The position numbers and the translations under genes are program-made. Shown here in pieces: positions 14,005-27,019 of a stretch of DNA of 64,000 nucleotides; position 1 is the first letter of the stretch; each line of letters starts with the position of its first letter. Under the pieces are notes generated by a model, which was not told the DNA's origin, searched no databases, and saw nothing but the letters and a program-made list of their open reading frames with translations. This DNA is from Trichinella spiralis (taxonomy: Eukaryota): the NCBI RefSeq assembly GCF_000181795.1, contig NW_003526943.1, positions 560,487 to 624,486 of the forward strand, in the 5' to 3' direction.

Positions 14005-14631
14005 AACATTAAGTTCAAAAGATAGCACTTATTTCTGAATTAGAATAAAAAGTATTCTGAATGCTACTAGGCTCAAAAAGCTGCCTAAATTTAATAACTG
14101 AAGCAAAATTTACAGGATCAACATTCAACGAAAAATTTCAGAATAATAAAACTAAATCTAAGCAAGCAATAGGTATACTTTAGCAATAATGCAACTACAA
14201 TTTACAGAGTTCATTTCAAAATCAGTAAGTATCCGAATAAAAAGCAAATTAATAATAAGCAACCGCTTAATTACAATTCATTTTGGATGCTATTGACGCC
14301 GTGATAAACAAATTTGCTTTCAGCCGAAATAAAGGCAGAATATTTGCCATGCTTTCCAAAAATAGAAGTGAAAGCTAAGTAGCAAATAAAATAAACTTCT
14401 CATTAAATTGATGAAAATTCCTCTTACACACTTCTTCACATAAAAATCACAGAGCTTTTGAAGCTGCTTTAAAAATGTAAATCATATCCTGCCTGTATAT
14501 ACATGCAATTACGCACATGGAAACAGCTGCATATATGCTTATGCAGCTATATATATATATATGTATAATATACATATATATAATTCAAACTAACAATGAA
14601 TCATAGAATAGAGGTCCAGAGTAAAAGTGAA

Positions 14632-17619
14632 ATGCCACGACAAAATAAAACATACGCTATTAAAAGTAAGTCATCTATTTCCAAAACATTAATTATTATT
14701 TTTATGCCCAAATTGCTGAGAAATGTTGAATAGAAAGCAATATTTTTATTTGAACTGAAGTGAATGTAACTTCGTCCAAACATACTACTTTGTTACCAAA
14801 CTTCAATTTACAGGGATTTTTCTGTTCATAATCTTTATTTGCAAATTTTTTGTTATATAAGAACAAACCATGTCACATTCAATTAAATAAAGAAAAATGG
14901 ATGTTTCCCTAATAACAAAATAGAGAATAAAGTGAAAATGCCTATATAAAATGATAATCATGAATAACTGGTAAAAAAGCTATTATTTTGCATTAAAATA
15001 CAATTATTTCTTTTTAGATGCTGTTTTAAAGCAACATATTTTTTTCACTGTAATATTTATTACAAATTTCAGTGTAAGTAGTTTTTTGCTAAATGAAACA
15101 TTTATTGTTATATTTATTTTTCAGCTCGCAAATTGTAATTGGATGTCAGTTTATGTCCCAAAAATTGATGCTACATGTGCTTTACTTGCGAAAAAAATAA
15201 ATTACATTGAATCCTACTACATTGAGCGACAGTTTTGTAGTTTTGAATCTTGCGTTGCAATTTGTTTCCAGCATCAATACCCGTGTAATTCCATCAAATA
15301 TACTCGTTTTGCAAAGCAGTGCGAGTTATATATTAGAAATGCAACATATCATTCTCTACCAGAAGATGATGAGACAGGGCAGTCAAGACATTTTTTACTG
15401 CACAGCTGTCACAAAGGTATGACAAAATTTCTTTATTAAAATTTTATCTTTCAAAGCTAATCTGTACTGCAGATTTGTACTGGCAATATACAAACAGCAA
15501 AAAATTGCATATCATTTAAAGTTTAATATTCTATTTAGAAATTGCAGCAGTTTCTGTTGGAAAACTAATTCATACTCCATCAATGGATGCAGATACCACA
15601 ACAGCAAACATACATCTGCCTTCCATTCATAGAATGTGTGTCGTTCAAAAGCGGCCGTTTGTTGAAAGCTACGGAATTCAGCGTCTGCAACAAATAACAA
15701 CATCATCTCTAAGACTTTGCCTTGCTGCCTGTGAGGCACCTACTTACTCTTCATGCAACAGCGTTTTGTTTTCTGCTCAAGAAGAAACTTGCATTTTGTT
15801 AGCACGACCTCAAGCGTTTCGTTTCTTAGGAGGAACCTCAGCAACTGTCGAAACTGCTGCGCAGTATTTTATTAATCTTTTCTGTCGCAATGGTAAATTA
15901 AAATATGCCTGAAATATTCATTGATTTCTTTATTTAAAAGACAATACTTTTATTTGTTAAAGTAATTACGTTTGACTTTCACTGTTATCTTGTTATAGAA
16001 AGCTGGTAATTATTTCTTTTGCATAATTATTTAAAGCTATTTAAAGTTCATGTTTATTAATAGGCATTTTAATTTCCTTTCAGATTATAAAGTAGGAGCG
16101 TTTCATACGATGCAAAGCTTTGGAAGACAACCCGTTATTGCATACGCGGACTCTAACTCGCATATGCAAATACTCATTAATCATGAACTTTTTTATGGAA
16201 CTAAAGCCGCCATTCGTCTTCAGTTATGGGGCTCTGCAGATGAAAAAGAATGCATGAAAATATGTATAGCTTCAATTGCAACAGATTATTGTGATGCATA
16301 TTATTTCTCATCCAGGGAAAATACATGTCTTACAATGCGTATGAGGAAACCATATACTTTCCCTGTACGCCATGGTCAACTAATTATAACAAAATTTTAT
16401 GATGGTAAGAAACTGTTAATTTAAAATATCAGTGTGTATTAATTTAAAATCTGGGTGACATATTCAAATGAAACATTACAATGATGAAATTTGAAATATT
16501 TGACAAATATTTGGAGTACTAATTTGAGTTTTATACTTCTAAAAGTAAATTCCGATAGCTACATATTTCACACAAATATATTGATTAAATATATTGAAGG
16601 AAATAATCCATAATTTTATAAATTAATCATTCTAAATTAACAATGGAAAGAAAAAATGCTGTATAATTATAGAATATTTTTAAACCGTGCAAACGTATTT
16701 GAGCATGTTTTTGTGTTTTAGATGAGACTCTGGATGTAACGGTCAGAGATGAAAGCGAGGAATATATAACGTATCCAGATCATTTCACTGAACTGGAAGT
16801 TTCTTTACATGAATTTAAGGAAATATGCGTAACACAGCATTGGATTTCTACATTAATTCCAAATGTAGCTTTCAGTAAACAATATGGAAATATCGTTTTC
16901 TTTCATGAATGCATTCATATCTGCCGTCATCTGAAAAATAGTGGGGAATGCAAAGGCATTGCTTACTCTAAGAAAATGAAAACATGCATGATTGCTGTTG
17001 ATGGAAATAAAAATGGTGAAATTTTACTAAGTAATGATCAACAATATGTAACGCTTTCTTCTTGCAAAAAGGGTAAGCGGATTTCAGTGTCACTATTAAA
17101 ATTTATAAAGCTTATTATATATGTAAATTTTGATGAAATCAAAATAATGTGATATTTTAAATGATAGGTTCACTTTTAATCTTTTAAAAGAAAATTTTTA
17201 ATTTTTCTGCCCTTAACCAGCTGCATTAATTGAAATTGTACAATTAATTTAACTTATTAATTTGCATTATTTAAGATAATATTATTTTAGACAGAGAAAC
17301 TGAACGCGCTAACAACACACGACATGTATTTTTCTTCATTCCAGAATTAGATGAAATGTGTCTACTGGAATTGTACGAACCATTAAGATTATCTGGTTGG
17401 AAAACTATAACAACAATAGAAAACACTGTCAGTTTACAAGAGTGTCTTTCAAAATGTGCATCAGTTATGAATGTTCAGAAATGCAGTGCTGTTAATTTCA
17501 TTGATGAACAATGTATGCTGTTAGGCAGGGCGAAGCGCACATCATTTGTTAGATCCAGGTATTCTATTTTCGCAGAGCTATTGTATTGTGAATTAAAGAG
17601 CAATGGAGCAGTAGAGTAA
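14632..17619 (+). CDS. Secreted five-PAN/Apple-domain protein, copy A
   Basis: Exons about 14632-14665, 15018-15073 (hydrophobic signal segment HIFFTVIFITNFS), 15125-15417, 15539-15892, 16084-16404, 16722-17072, 17291-17619. Each of the last five carries a C..CxxxC..C.(S/A)..(F/Y)....C.L PAN signature. Alternative in-frame ATG at 14596. Confidence 0.85.
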
Positions 17620-17813
17620 TGAACATTGAAAAACAATGTATTTTGCAAATTTGAATGTTATTCATGTAAAATCTGGATACTATTATTATAAACTAACTGA
17701 TACTTTAAATAAATATTCACAGGTTACATTGTTGCGCATGTAATTCTTCATACTTATTACTTATTGTTTACATGCATACAATTGCAATATTTAATTATCT
17801 TATATTATATTAT

Positions 17814-18195
17814 TTTTAACGACGAAACTCGATCGCCTGAGCGTTAGTGGACTGTGTCATAATTCACGCGGGAAGTCAACCTTATTTGATTGACCAACCG
17901 CTGATTAACCCCGTTCGTTTCTGAACGTGATGAGGGAACAAAGCAGTAACAGGTAAACTTTATTGAATATTCGACAACAGACAACGGAATCAACAATTCC
18001 AGAGAAGTTTACGAGAGTCAGATTGCCAAAATAACGCCACAAACAAACTACCACGATTTAGACTCACAAGATGATGCACACACACGCACTGTACTCTCAC
18101 ACTCTTATTAATTCATCTACCGTAGGTCGCCACCGTAACGATGAGCAGAGGTACTGATTCGCACGAGTCTGTGTGCGACCAAAGAATTTCCAACA
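17814..18195 (-). mobile_element. Putative solo LTR-like interspersed element (copy 1)
   Basis: About 380 bp GC-richer insert inside TA-rich sequence. Minus strand begins TGTTGG and has an internal AATAAA. The other end is degenerate and no clear TSD is visible. Confidence 0.45.
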
Positions 18196-18198
18196 GTT

Positions 18199-18315
18199 AA
18201 TATTATATTATATTATATAATATAATATAATATTATATTATATTATATTATATTATATTATATTATATTATATTATATTATATTATATTATATTATATTA
18301 TATTATATATTATAT
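18199..18315. repeat. (ATATT)n microsatellite
   Basis: Directly visible pentamer run. Confidence 0.95.
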
Positions 18316-18992
18316 GTTATTTATTTTTATTTTTTATTTATTTTCTATTTATTTAGTTTTATGTCATGTTAAGCATTCCCAGAAATAATTTTGCATTAAG
18401 ATTACTGTTTTTAAAACATTTACTCAGCATTAGAAGAATTTATAACTTATAAAATAAAATGGAAATGTTCAAATTTAAATGATTCGTTTCTCAATCAAAT
18501 AATTGTTGTGAAAAATGTATAAAATTTTGATTTTTCAGATTTTATAATAAGAAATAGATAATTTTATAAATTACCATTTACTATTAATTATTAATTTAAT
18601 GAATAAGATGTTTCTTGGCAAAACCATTGCCTATTTCAAATAAAGATGAACTGCTCTATTAATTTGATAGATTATGTGCACAACGATATTTCAGCAAAGA
18701 ATTTGTTAAGAATTAAGTTGCGTTTATTTGAATACTTACAGAATGACATATCTTATAAATTTATTTGTGCTTCAGAACATTGTTTGTTTTCTAAGAAACT
18801 GAGCTTTGCTTAATATCTTTCCCTCAATTTGGATTTGTTTAAATATCTGGAAAATAAGCATTTTGCCTTAAATACATAAAAATTAACAAGATTTAGTTCG
18901 CTTTAATTCTATTTGCATAAGTAAATTATTAATGAAGATGACGATTAATATAAAAGGATAAGGAAAGTTGCAAAATTGATATTTAATCACTT

Positions 18993-19117
18993 ATGATGAT
19001 GAATGAAAGCAAGTTTGGCTTAAAAAGCAAGTTTGATTTTATTCTACTAATTTACAGTATAATGTTATAATTTAATAATATCAAAAATATAATGAATAAA
19101 ATAATGATTGAACAATG

Positions 19118-19171
<54 letters not shown>

Positions 19172-22100
19172 CAATAATGTTCAAATAGCAACAAATATTT
19201 TATTTGAATAATACAGTTATGTTAGATATTAAAAACTTTTGCTTATACAGCTGTGTCTAGCTTTTTTGTAATAAAAGCGCAAGTGCAATCTGATATAAAA
19301 GCTATAATGTTACAGCAGCTGTATAGAATCTCTTTCGGATTCACAAAGCATTCCATTCAAGTCAATGGGATACTTATATTTTATTAAATGTGGACTTCAA
19401 AGTTTCAGGTGCATATTTAATCAGAAACCTACTTTTCATATGCTACTTTTTTTTTGCTTCGGTAAGCATCAAGTAATTTAAGCGCACTTTTGTAAAGTAA
19501 ACTTTCAAATTGTAGGATAGCAGCCCAATGCATTCTTATGTATACATACCATTATTTGATAAAGTTTGTTTAATTGAAAAATATATTCCTCAGGAATATC
19601 CAATAGCAACTAGGATACCAATATTTATGTATAATTCATTTGAATCTTGCACTGCTGCTTGTTCCAGCTATTTGACCAGAGAACCATTATGTAATGCCTT
19701 TATGTACAGTGACATAACAAAGGCCTGCCATCTTCATTTTTACGCTTTACATTTGGCAGCAGGGATGTGTCCAGTGGAAACTGGGCAGTCACAGTTTTAT
19801 TTGCTTCATGGATGTTTCAATAGTATAATTATTTTTGTATAAATCTTGAAAAACATTTCTAGCACTTAATCCAACCTGATCTGTTTAGGAAGCAGTACTT
19901 TGTTGAATGCAGGTGTAAATAAAAAAAATGAAACAGACGATAAAATTATTGTCCTTCCAGATTTGCATAAATCTTGCTTGATCAGAAAAAGACACGTTTC
20001 AGAAAGTTTCTTTGCAAAAATAACTGCGTATATGACTGCAACAAGCTTGAAAAAATGTCTTTCACGATGTATTGTAAAAGGTGCAGAAGCATGCAATAGT
20101 GTCATCTTCTCACTGCAGGAGAAAAGCTGCACTTTAGTTACACATCAGTCCACTTTCAGCGCACTGTCTGAAGCAGTACAAAGTTCAGCATATTTTTTTG
20201 AAATTGATCATTGCAAAACTAGTAAATATGACTTTTTCATTATCATTACACATTCTGAGTTAAAACAACCAATGCTTTTTCTGTAATTAGTGTAATATAT
20301 TCTTTTTAAACATGAATATGTGAAACATTAATATGCTACTATAAATAATTAAATTTTTAAGAAAATTTTATATTAGAAAAATAATTAATTTGTAATTTTA
20401 TTTGAATATGAATTAATATCTGGAATATTTTTCTATTCCCCTTCTGCTTCTGCTTTGTAATTCTGTTTCAGAAATGCTGTTTATTATACTTTAACGTTTT
20501 CTTCAAAGCATCAGTTGTAATAGTGACTGCGAAACTAAAAAAATAATTTTTTTTATAAAAAGCATTTTGTTGATTAATAATTGCTGATTGCTGTTTACAG
20601 AAGTAGTCAAGAATCCATTATTAATGCAAATTTTGTCACAAAATCTAACTATCCCCACACAGTCCATCTCTGGGTATATCATACAACATATTCCCATTAC
20701 TGAAAGTGAAAATGCTACAATTATTGATTTGCTCAAGTGCACTACTATGCAATGCTGTCTTCAGTGTTGTATATTGAAGAGGGTGGATCTCGGCTGCAAT
20801 GCAATATTTTTTAATGCTAAAGAAAAAACATGCTTACTTATGAAACTGAATGTTAATTCCAGTAATACAGCAGAGCTTGTCCTGTACAATTTGTATGCAG
20901 GTATGACTTTTCTATATAAATCTAAGTATAACTCTTATTTTTTGAATTACGCTGTTAATCTTACAGTCTAAAATGCATTGCTCAACTGTAACTTTTATTT
21001 CTTATTAAAACCGTGATTAATTGCAATAAAAATTTTTGCAATTACAATGCTTAAATTAAACATTCATGTATGTTGCATTCCTCTCTCTGTCCATGATGCT
21101 TTTACTTATGACTCATAAATGTTGGTTTATGAGACTTTATTTCAAATAAAATTAACGTCAACAGGTTCTATTAATTTATTACAGATACTGACGGGAAAGA
21201 GAAATTAATATTGAGCAATTATGAAGATACTTTGCGTTTCAAAACTTCATTTGTATCACTGCATGAATTTCACGAACGGTGTCAAATAACGACGTTTACC
21301 AGTGCATATGCAGAAAATTTGAAAGTGCACCCATTAATGTTACAAACGAATACTCTAAATGGCTGTCTTAATGTCTGCAGAAGTAACAGAAGCGACATAT
21401 TCAATTGTTTAGGAGTTTTATTTTCAAAGCATGAAGAAATCTGCTATCAGTTAGTTAAAGGTACATCTCATGATCAAATTGTGACTTTAGACGGTCAAAC
21501 TATTGTTCTGCTGCAACGCTGCGTGAAAGGTATATCTAATATCAGAATTATTCATCACTGCACATTTTAAATACAAACATACATTATAGAATACCATCAT
21601 ATTAATTTCATTTAATTGCTGTATAAAAATTAAGGTTGTATTAAAAATATATTCCTGTAGAGACAGAAATTCAAAGACGTTTCTGAAATAAATTATTAGT
21701 AATAATAATGTCACTGAGGTAAATAAATGTTTGCCAAATTATTGAAAATTTTCAATTTTTCATAGGAAACATAAAATGATCATTTTTAAATAAGGTATTT
21801 ACTTTTCATGTAATCATTAGCTTGTAAGTGATAATGTGCTGATCGCTAACAACATTACAGTGATTTAAAACATTTTATTGTTACTTGAATATGAAAAATT
21901 TAAACTATTTATGTATTTACTATTTTAATTAATTTATTTAATTTATTTAGACAGAGAAGAAGATAGAAAAAACAATATCGTTTTTTTCCACTATTATTTT
22001 CATGAGTTGGAAGAAAAGTGCGTCTTTGAATTTTATGATAGCAAAAATTTTAGCGGTTTTGAAGTATATGATAATATTCCGAGAGCAAATGCCTTCTACC

Positions 22101-22294
22101 AATGTGTTTTAAAATGTGCGTCAGAACAAATTTCGAAGGGCTGTGCAGCTGTGCTCAAATCACATCAGATATGCTTTTTTTTTAAAAGAAATTCAACGGC
22201 GAGAATCTTTAGAAAATTAAGCAGTTCCTATTTTGCAGAATTGCTATATTGTGAATCAAAGTTTGATGGAAATGCTTTGAATGCAATAAATTAA
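18993..22294 (+). CDS. Secreted five-PAN/Apple-domain protein, divergent paralogue B
   Basis: Same 7-exon layout as copy A: 18993-19026 (GC donor), about 19409-19461 (signal LLFICYFFFAS), 19516-19821, 19889-20221, 20600-20900, 21185-21529, 21951-22294. Shares ETGQS, VSLHEF and FAELLYCE motifs with A. Confidence 0.8.
19119..19150. repeat. (AAT)n microsatellite in intron 1 of PAN gene B
   Basis: Directly visible. Confidence 0.95.
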
Positions 22295-23825
22295 AAATAT
22301 CATTAATAGATATCTTTTCTAATCTTATTGTGAATTATTCTTAATAAATATGTTACGAAAAGAAATTCACCTGTTAATCACATTCCTGAAAAACGATTTC
22401 ATAATCTGTCTTTCCAAAAAATAAAATTTACATGAATGTATAAATGAATATGAAACACAAGACCTTCTTCTGAAGAAATTATTAATTATAAGATTTTATT
22501 CAAAGTCAATTTTACAAATTAGAATTATATTTTTACTATTGTTTTATGTGATATTTTTGAAATGAAATTGTTTGAATTTTTTGTGTTTAAATCTATAATG
22601 TTTTAAAACCCATAACCAAGCAGCGTTACATTAACACGCCTTGAAATTTTAAAATAAAAATTGTATTTTTTAAAGGAAACTAGAAAAAATAAACATAATG
22701 CAAAGGCAAGTTTTAGTATGATGAGTCTTTCAAAGCGGTACCGCAAACAACTGCATGAATTTAAGCAAAACATCCAAAATAAATTTTTAAATAGAAGAAC
22801 AATCAGAAATTTTTAATTTTTCATTCCGTTGTAGTCAAAATAGAAAAATCAATTTTCTTTTTAATTTTTAACAAAATATGTAATGCTTAGTTGGCGGGTT
22901 CTTTGAATACCTCAAAATACAAATTTATATTGCTATCTTTTTGGTAACAATCTCCTAAACATTCTTCACTTAATATAAATATCACATATGCATAAAACGT
23001 AGATGCAGCTAATTATACAAGCAATTGACATTCAAATATAAATTGTTAATGCTTCAATTAACTTTATTAAAAATATTCAGAAGTATAATCATGAATATAA
23101 TGAATAACATAATATTTCACATATATTTGTGGTGTGATTTAAATCATTTCTCTAAGAATCATGCAGTCGATGAATAAATGAAATTTATTTAAAATTAAAA
23201 TGATAAATCATGTAATAAAAAAATTAACATTAAGTTAAAAAGGTAGCATTTATTTTTGAATTATAATTAAAAGGATTCTGAATTCTAATATTCTGAGAAA
23301 TCTGTCTATATTTATTAACCAAAGCAAATTTTTTATTATCAGCATTCAACTAAAAGTTTCAAAATAATGAAACTAAATTTAAACAAGCAATGCGTATACT
23401 TTAACAGTACGGCAACTAAAATTTGCAGTTAATTTTAAAAATCTGTAATGATCAGAATGAAAAAAAATTAATAATCAATAACCATTTAATTGATATTGAC
23501 ACTGAATACAGCAAAAGCAGCATTGAATAAATTTATTTTCAACAGAAATAAAGGCAGAACATTTGCTATGCTTTCTAAAAATAGCAATGAAAATTAAATA
23601 GCAAATAAAATGTAGTTCTCATTAAGTTGATGAAAACTTCTTTTTCACTTTTATTCACATAAAAATCACTGAGCTGTTTCGAATATGCTTTAACAGTGTA
23701 AATCAGACACTGCCTGTATATACATGGAATTGCGTACATAGAAACAGCTGCATATGCGTTTATGCAGCTATATAAATTCAAAAGTAACAGTGAATCATAG
23801 AATAGAGGTACAGAGTAAAGGTGAA

Positions 23826-26810
23826 ATGCCACGGCAAAATGAAACATACGCTATTAAAAGTAAGTAATCTACTTCCAAAACATTAATTATTATTTTTATG
23901 CCCAAATTGCTGAGAAATGTTGAATAGAAAGCAATATTTTTATTTGAACTGAAGTGAATGTTACTTCGTCCAAACATGCTACTTTGTTACCAAACTTCAA
24001 TTTACAGGGATTTTTCTGTTCATAATCTTTATTTGCAAATTTTTTGTTATATAAGAACAAACCATGTCACATTCAATTAAATAAAGAAAAATGGATGTTT
24101 CCCTAATAACAAAATAGAGAATAAAGTGAAAATGCCTATATAAAATGATAATCATGAAGAACTAGTAAAAAAGCTATTATTTTGCATTAAAATACAATTA
24201 TTTCTTTTTAGATGCTGTTTTAAAGCAACATATTTTTTTCACTGTAATATTTATTACAAATTTCAGTGTAAGTAGTTTTTTACTAAATGAAACATTTAAT
24301 GTTATATTTATTTTTCAGCTCGCAAATTGTAGTTGGATATCAGTGTATGTCCCAAAACTTGATGCTACATGTGTTTTACTTGCAAAAAAAATAAATAACT
24401 TTGAAGCTTACTACATTGAGCAACTGTTTTGTAGTTTTGAATCTTGCGTTGCAATTTGTTTCCAGCATCAATACCCGTGTAATTCCATTAAATATACTCG
24501 TTTTGCAAAGCAGTGCGAGTTATATATTAGAAATGCAACATATCATTCTCTACCAGAAGATGATGAGACAGGGCAGTCAAGACATTTTTTACTGCACAGC
24601 TGTCACAAAGGTATGACAAAATTTCTTTATGAAAATTTTATCTTTTAAAGCTAATCTGTACTGCAGATTTGTACTGGCAATATACAAACAGCAACAAATT
24701 GCATATCATTTAAAGTTTAATATTCTATTTAGAAATTTCAGCAGTTCCTGTTGGAAAAATAATTCATACTCCATCAATGAATACAGATGCAATAACAGCA
24801 AACATGCATCTGCCTTCCATTCATAGAGTGTGTGTCGTTCAAAAGCGGCAGTTTGCTGAAAGCTACGGAATTGAGCGTCTGGAAAAAATTACAACATCAT
24901 CTCTAAGACGTTGCCTTGCTGCCTGTGAGGCACCTACTTACTCTTCATGCAACAGCGTTTTGTTTTCTGTTCAAGAAGAAACTTGCATTTTGTTAGCACG
25001 ACCTCAAGAGTTTCGTTTCTTAGGAGGAACTTCACCAACTGTCGACAGTGCTGCGCAGTTTTTTATTATGGTTTACTGTCGCAATGGTAAATTAAAATAT
25101 GCCTGAAATATTCATTGATTTCTTTATTTAAAAGACAATATTTTATTTGTTAAAGTAATCATGTTTGACTTTCACTGTTATCTTGTTATGGAAAGCAGTT
25201 AATTATTTTTATTGCATAATTATTTAAAGCTATTTGAAGTTTATGTTCATTAATAGGCATTTTAATTTCCTTTCAGATTTTACAATAGGAGCATCTTATA
25301 CGATGCAAGGCTTCGGAAGACAACCCGTCATTGCATACGCGTCCTCTAACTCGCATATGCAAATACACATTCATCATGAACATTTTTATGGAACCAAAGC
25401 CGCCATTCGTCTTCAGTTATGGGACTCTGCAGATGAAAAAGAATGCTTGAAAATATGCACAGCTTCAATTTCAGCAGATTATTGTGATGCATATTATTTC
25501 TCATCCAGGGAAAATACATGTCTTACAATGCGTATGAGGAAACAATATACTTTGCCTATACGCCATGGTCAACTAATTATAACAAAATTTTATGATGGTA
25601 AGAAACTGTCAATTTAAAATATCAGTGTGTATTAATTTAAAATCTGGGTGACATATTCAAATGAAACATTACAATGATGAAATTTGAAATATTTGACAAA
25701 TATTTGGAGTACTAATTTGAGTTTTATACTTCTAAAAGTTAATTCCGATAGCTACATGTTCACACAAATATTTTGGTTAAATGTATTGAAGGAAATACTC
25801 CATAATTTTATAAATTAATCATTCTAAATTAACAATGGAAAGAAAAAATGCTGTATAATTATAGAATATTTTTAAACCGTGCAAACGTATTTGAGCATGT
25901 TTTTGTGTTTTAGATGAGACTCTGGATGTAACGGTCAGAGATGAAAGCGAGGAATATATAACGTATCCAGATCATTTCACTGAACTGGAAGTTTCTTTAC
26001 ATGAATTTAAGGAAATATGCGTAACACAGCATTGGATTTCAACATTAATTCCGAGTATAATATTCAATAAACACTATGCAAATATCTCATTCTTTAATGA
26101 ATGCATTCATATCTGCCGTCATCTGAAAAATAGTGGGGAATGCAAAGGCATTGCTTATTCTAAGAAAATGGAAACATGCATGATTGCAGTTGATGGAAAT
26201 AAAAATGGTGAAATTTTACTAAGTAATGATCAACAATATGTAACGCTTTCTTCTTGCAAAAAGGGTAAGCGGATTTCAATGTCAGTATTAAAATTTATAA
26301 AGCCTATTATATATGTAAATTTTGATGAAATCAAAATAATGTTATATTTTAAATGATAGGTTCACATTTATCTTTTAAAAGAAAATTTTTAATTTTTCTG
26401 CCCTTAACCAGCTGCATTAATTGAAATTGTACAATTAATTTAACTTATTAATTTGAATTTTTTAAGATAATATTATTTTAGACAGAGAAACTGAACGTGC
26501 TAACAACACACAACATGTATTTTGCTTCATTCAAGAATTAGATGAAATGTGTCTACTGGAATTGTACGAACCATTCGTCTTATCTGGTTGGAAAATTATA
26601 ACAAGAATAGAAAACACTTTCAGTTTACAAGAGTGTCTTTCAAAATGTGCATCAGTTATGAATGTTCAGAAATGCAGTGCTGTTAATTTCATTGATCAAC
26701 AATGTAGTTTGTTACGCAGGGCGAAGCGCACATCATTTGTTAGACCCAGGTATTCTGTTTTCGCAGAGCTATTGTATTGTGAATTAAAGAGCAATGGAGC
26801 AGTAGAGTAA
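23826..26810 (+). CDS. Secreted five-PAN/Apple-domain protein, copy A'
   Basis: Identical exon structure to copy A (exon 1 23826-23859), with ORFs 24343, 24777, 25234, 26168 and 26547 matching the A exons. No stops or frameshifts seen in exons. Confidence 0.85.
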
Positions 26811-27019
26811 TGAACACTGAAAAACAATGTATTTTGCAAATTTGAATGTTACTAACCTATTTTACATTCATGTAAAATCTGGATACTATTATTATAAACT
26901 AACTGATACTTTAAATAAATATTCACAGGTTACATTGTTGCGCATGTAATTCTTCATACTTATTACTTATTGTTTACATGCATACAATTGCAATATTTAA
27001 TTATCTTATATTATATTAT

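Larger units (their letters stand above)
14005..18315 (+). repeat. Segmental duplication unit 1 (paired with 23226..27506)
   Basis: Collinear by eye with 23226..27506: moderately diverged for the first ~600 bp, then near-identical through the gene, the LTR-like element and (ATATT)n. Confidence 0.95.

Noticed and set aside
14601..14783. 60-aa minus-strand ORF repeated at 23795..23977
   Set aside because: Antisense to PAN exon 1 and intron 1, and repeated only because of the duplication.
15018..15030. ATG at 15018 (and 24212) as PAN start codon, or an apparent pseudogene stop
   Set aside because: ATG CTG TTT TAA is out of frame. The exon is phase 1 and is joined to an upstream 34-nt exon with a conserved GTAAGT donor, so the genes look intact.
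18199..18315. CRISPR-like or other regular repeat array
   Set aside because: Simple pentanucleotide microsatellite with no spacers, in a eukaryotic context.
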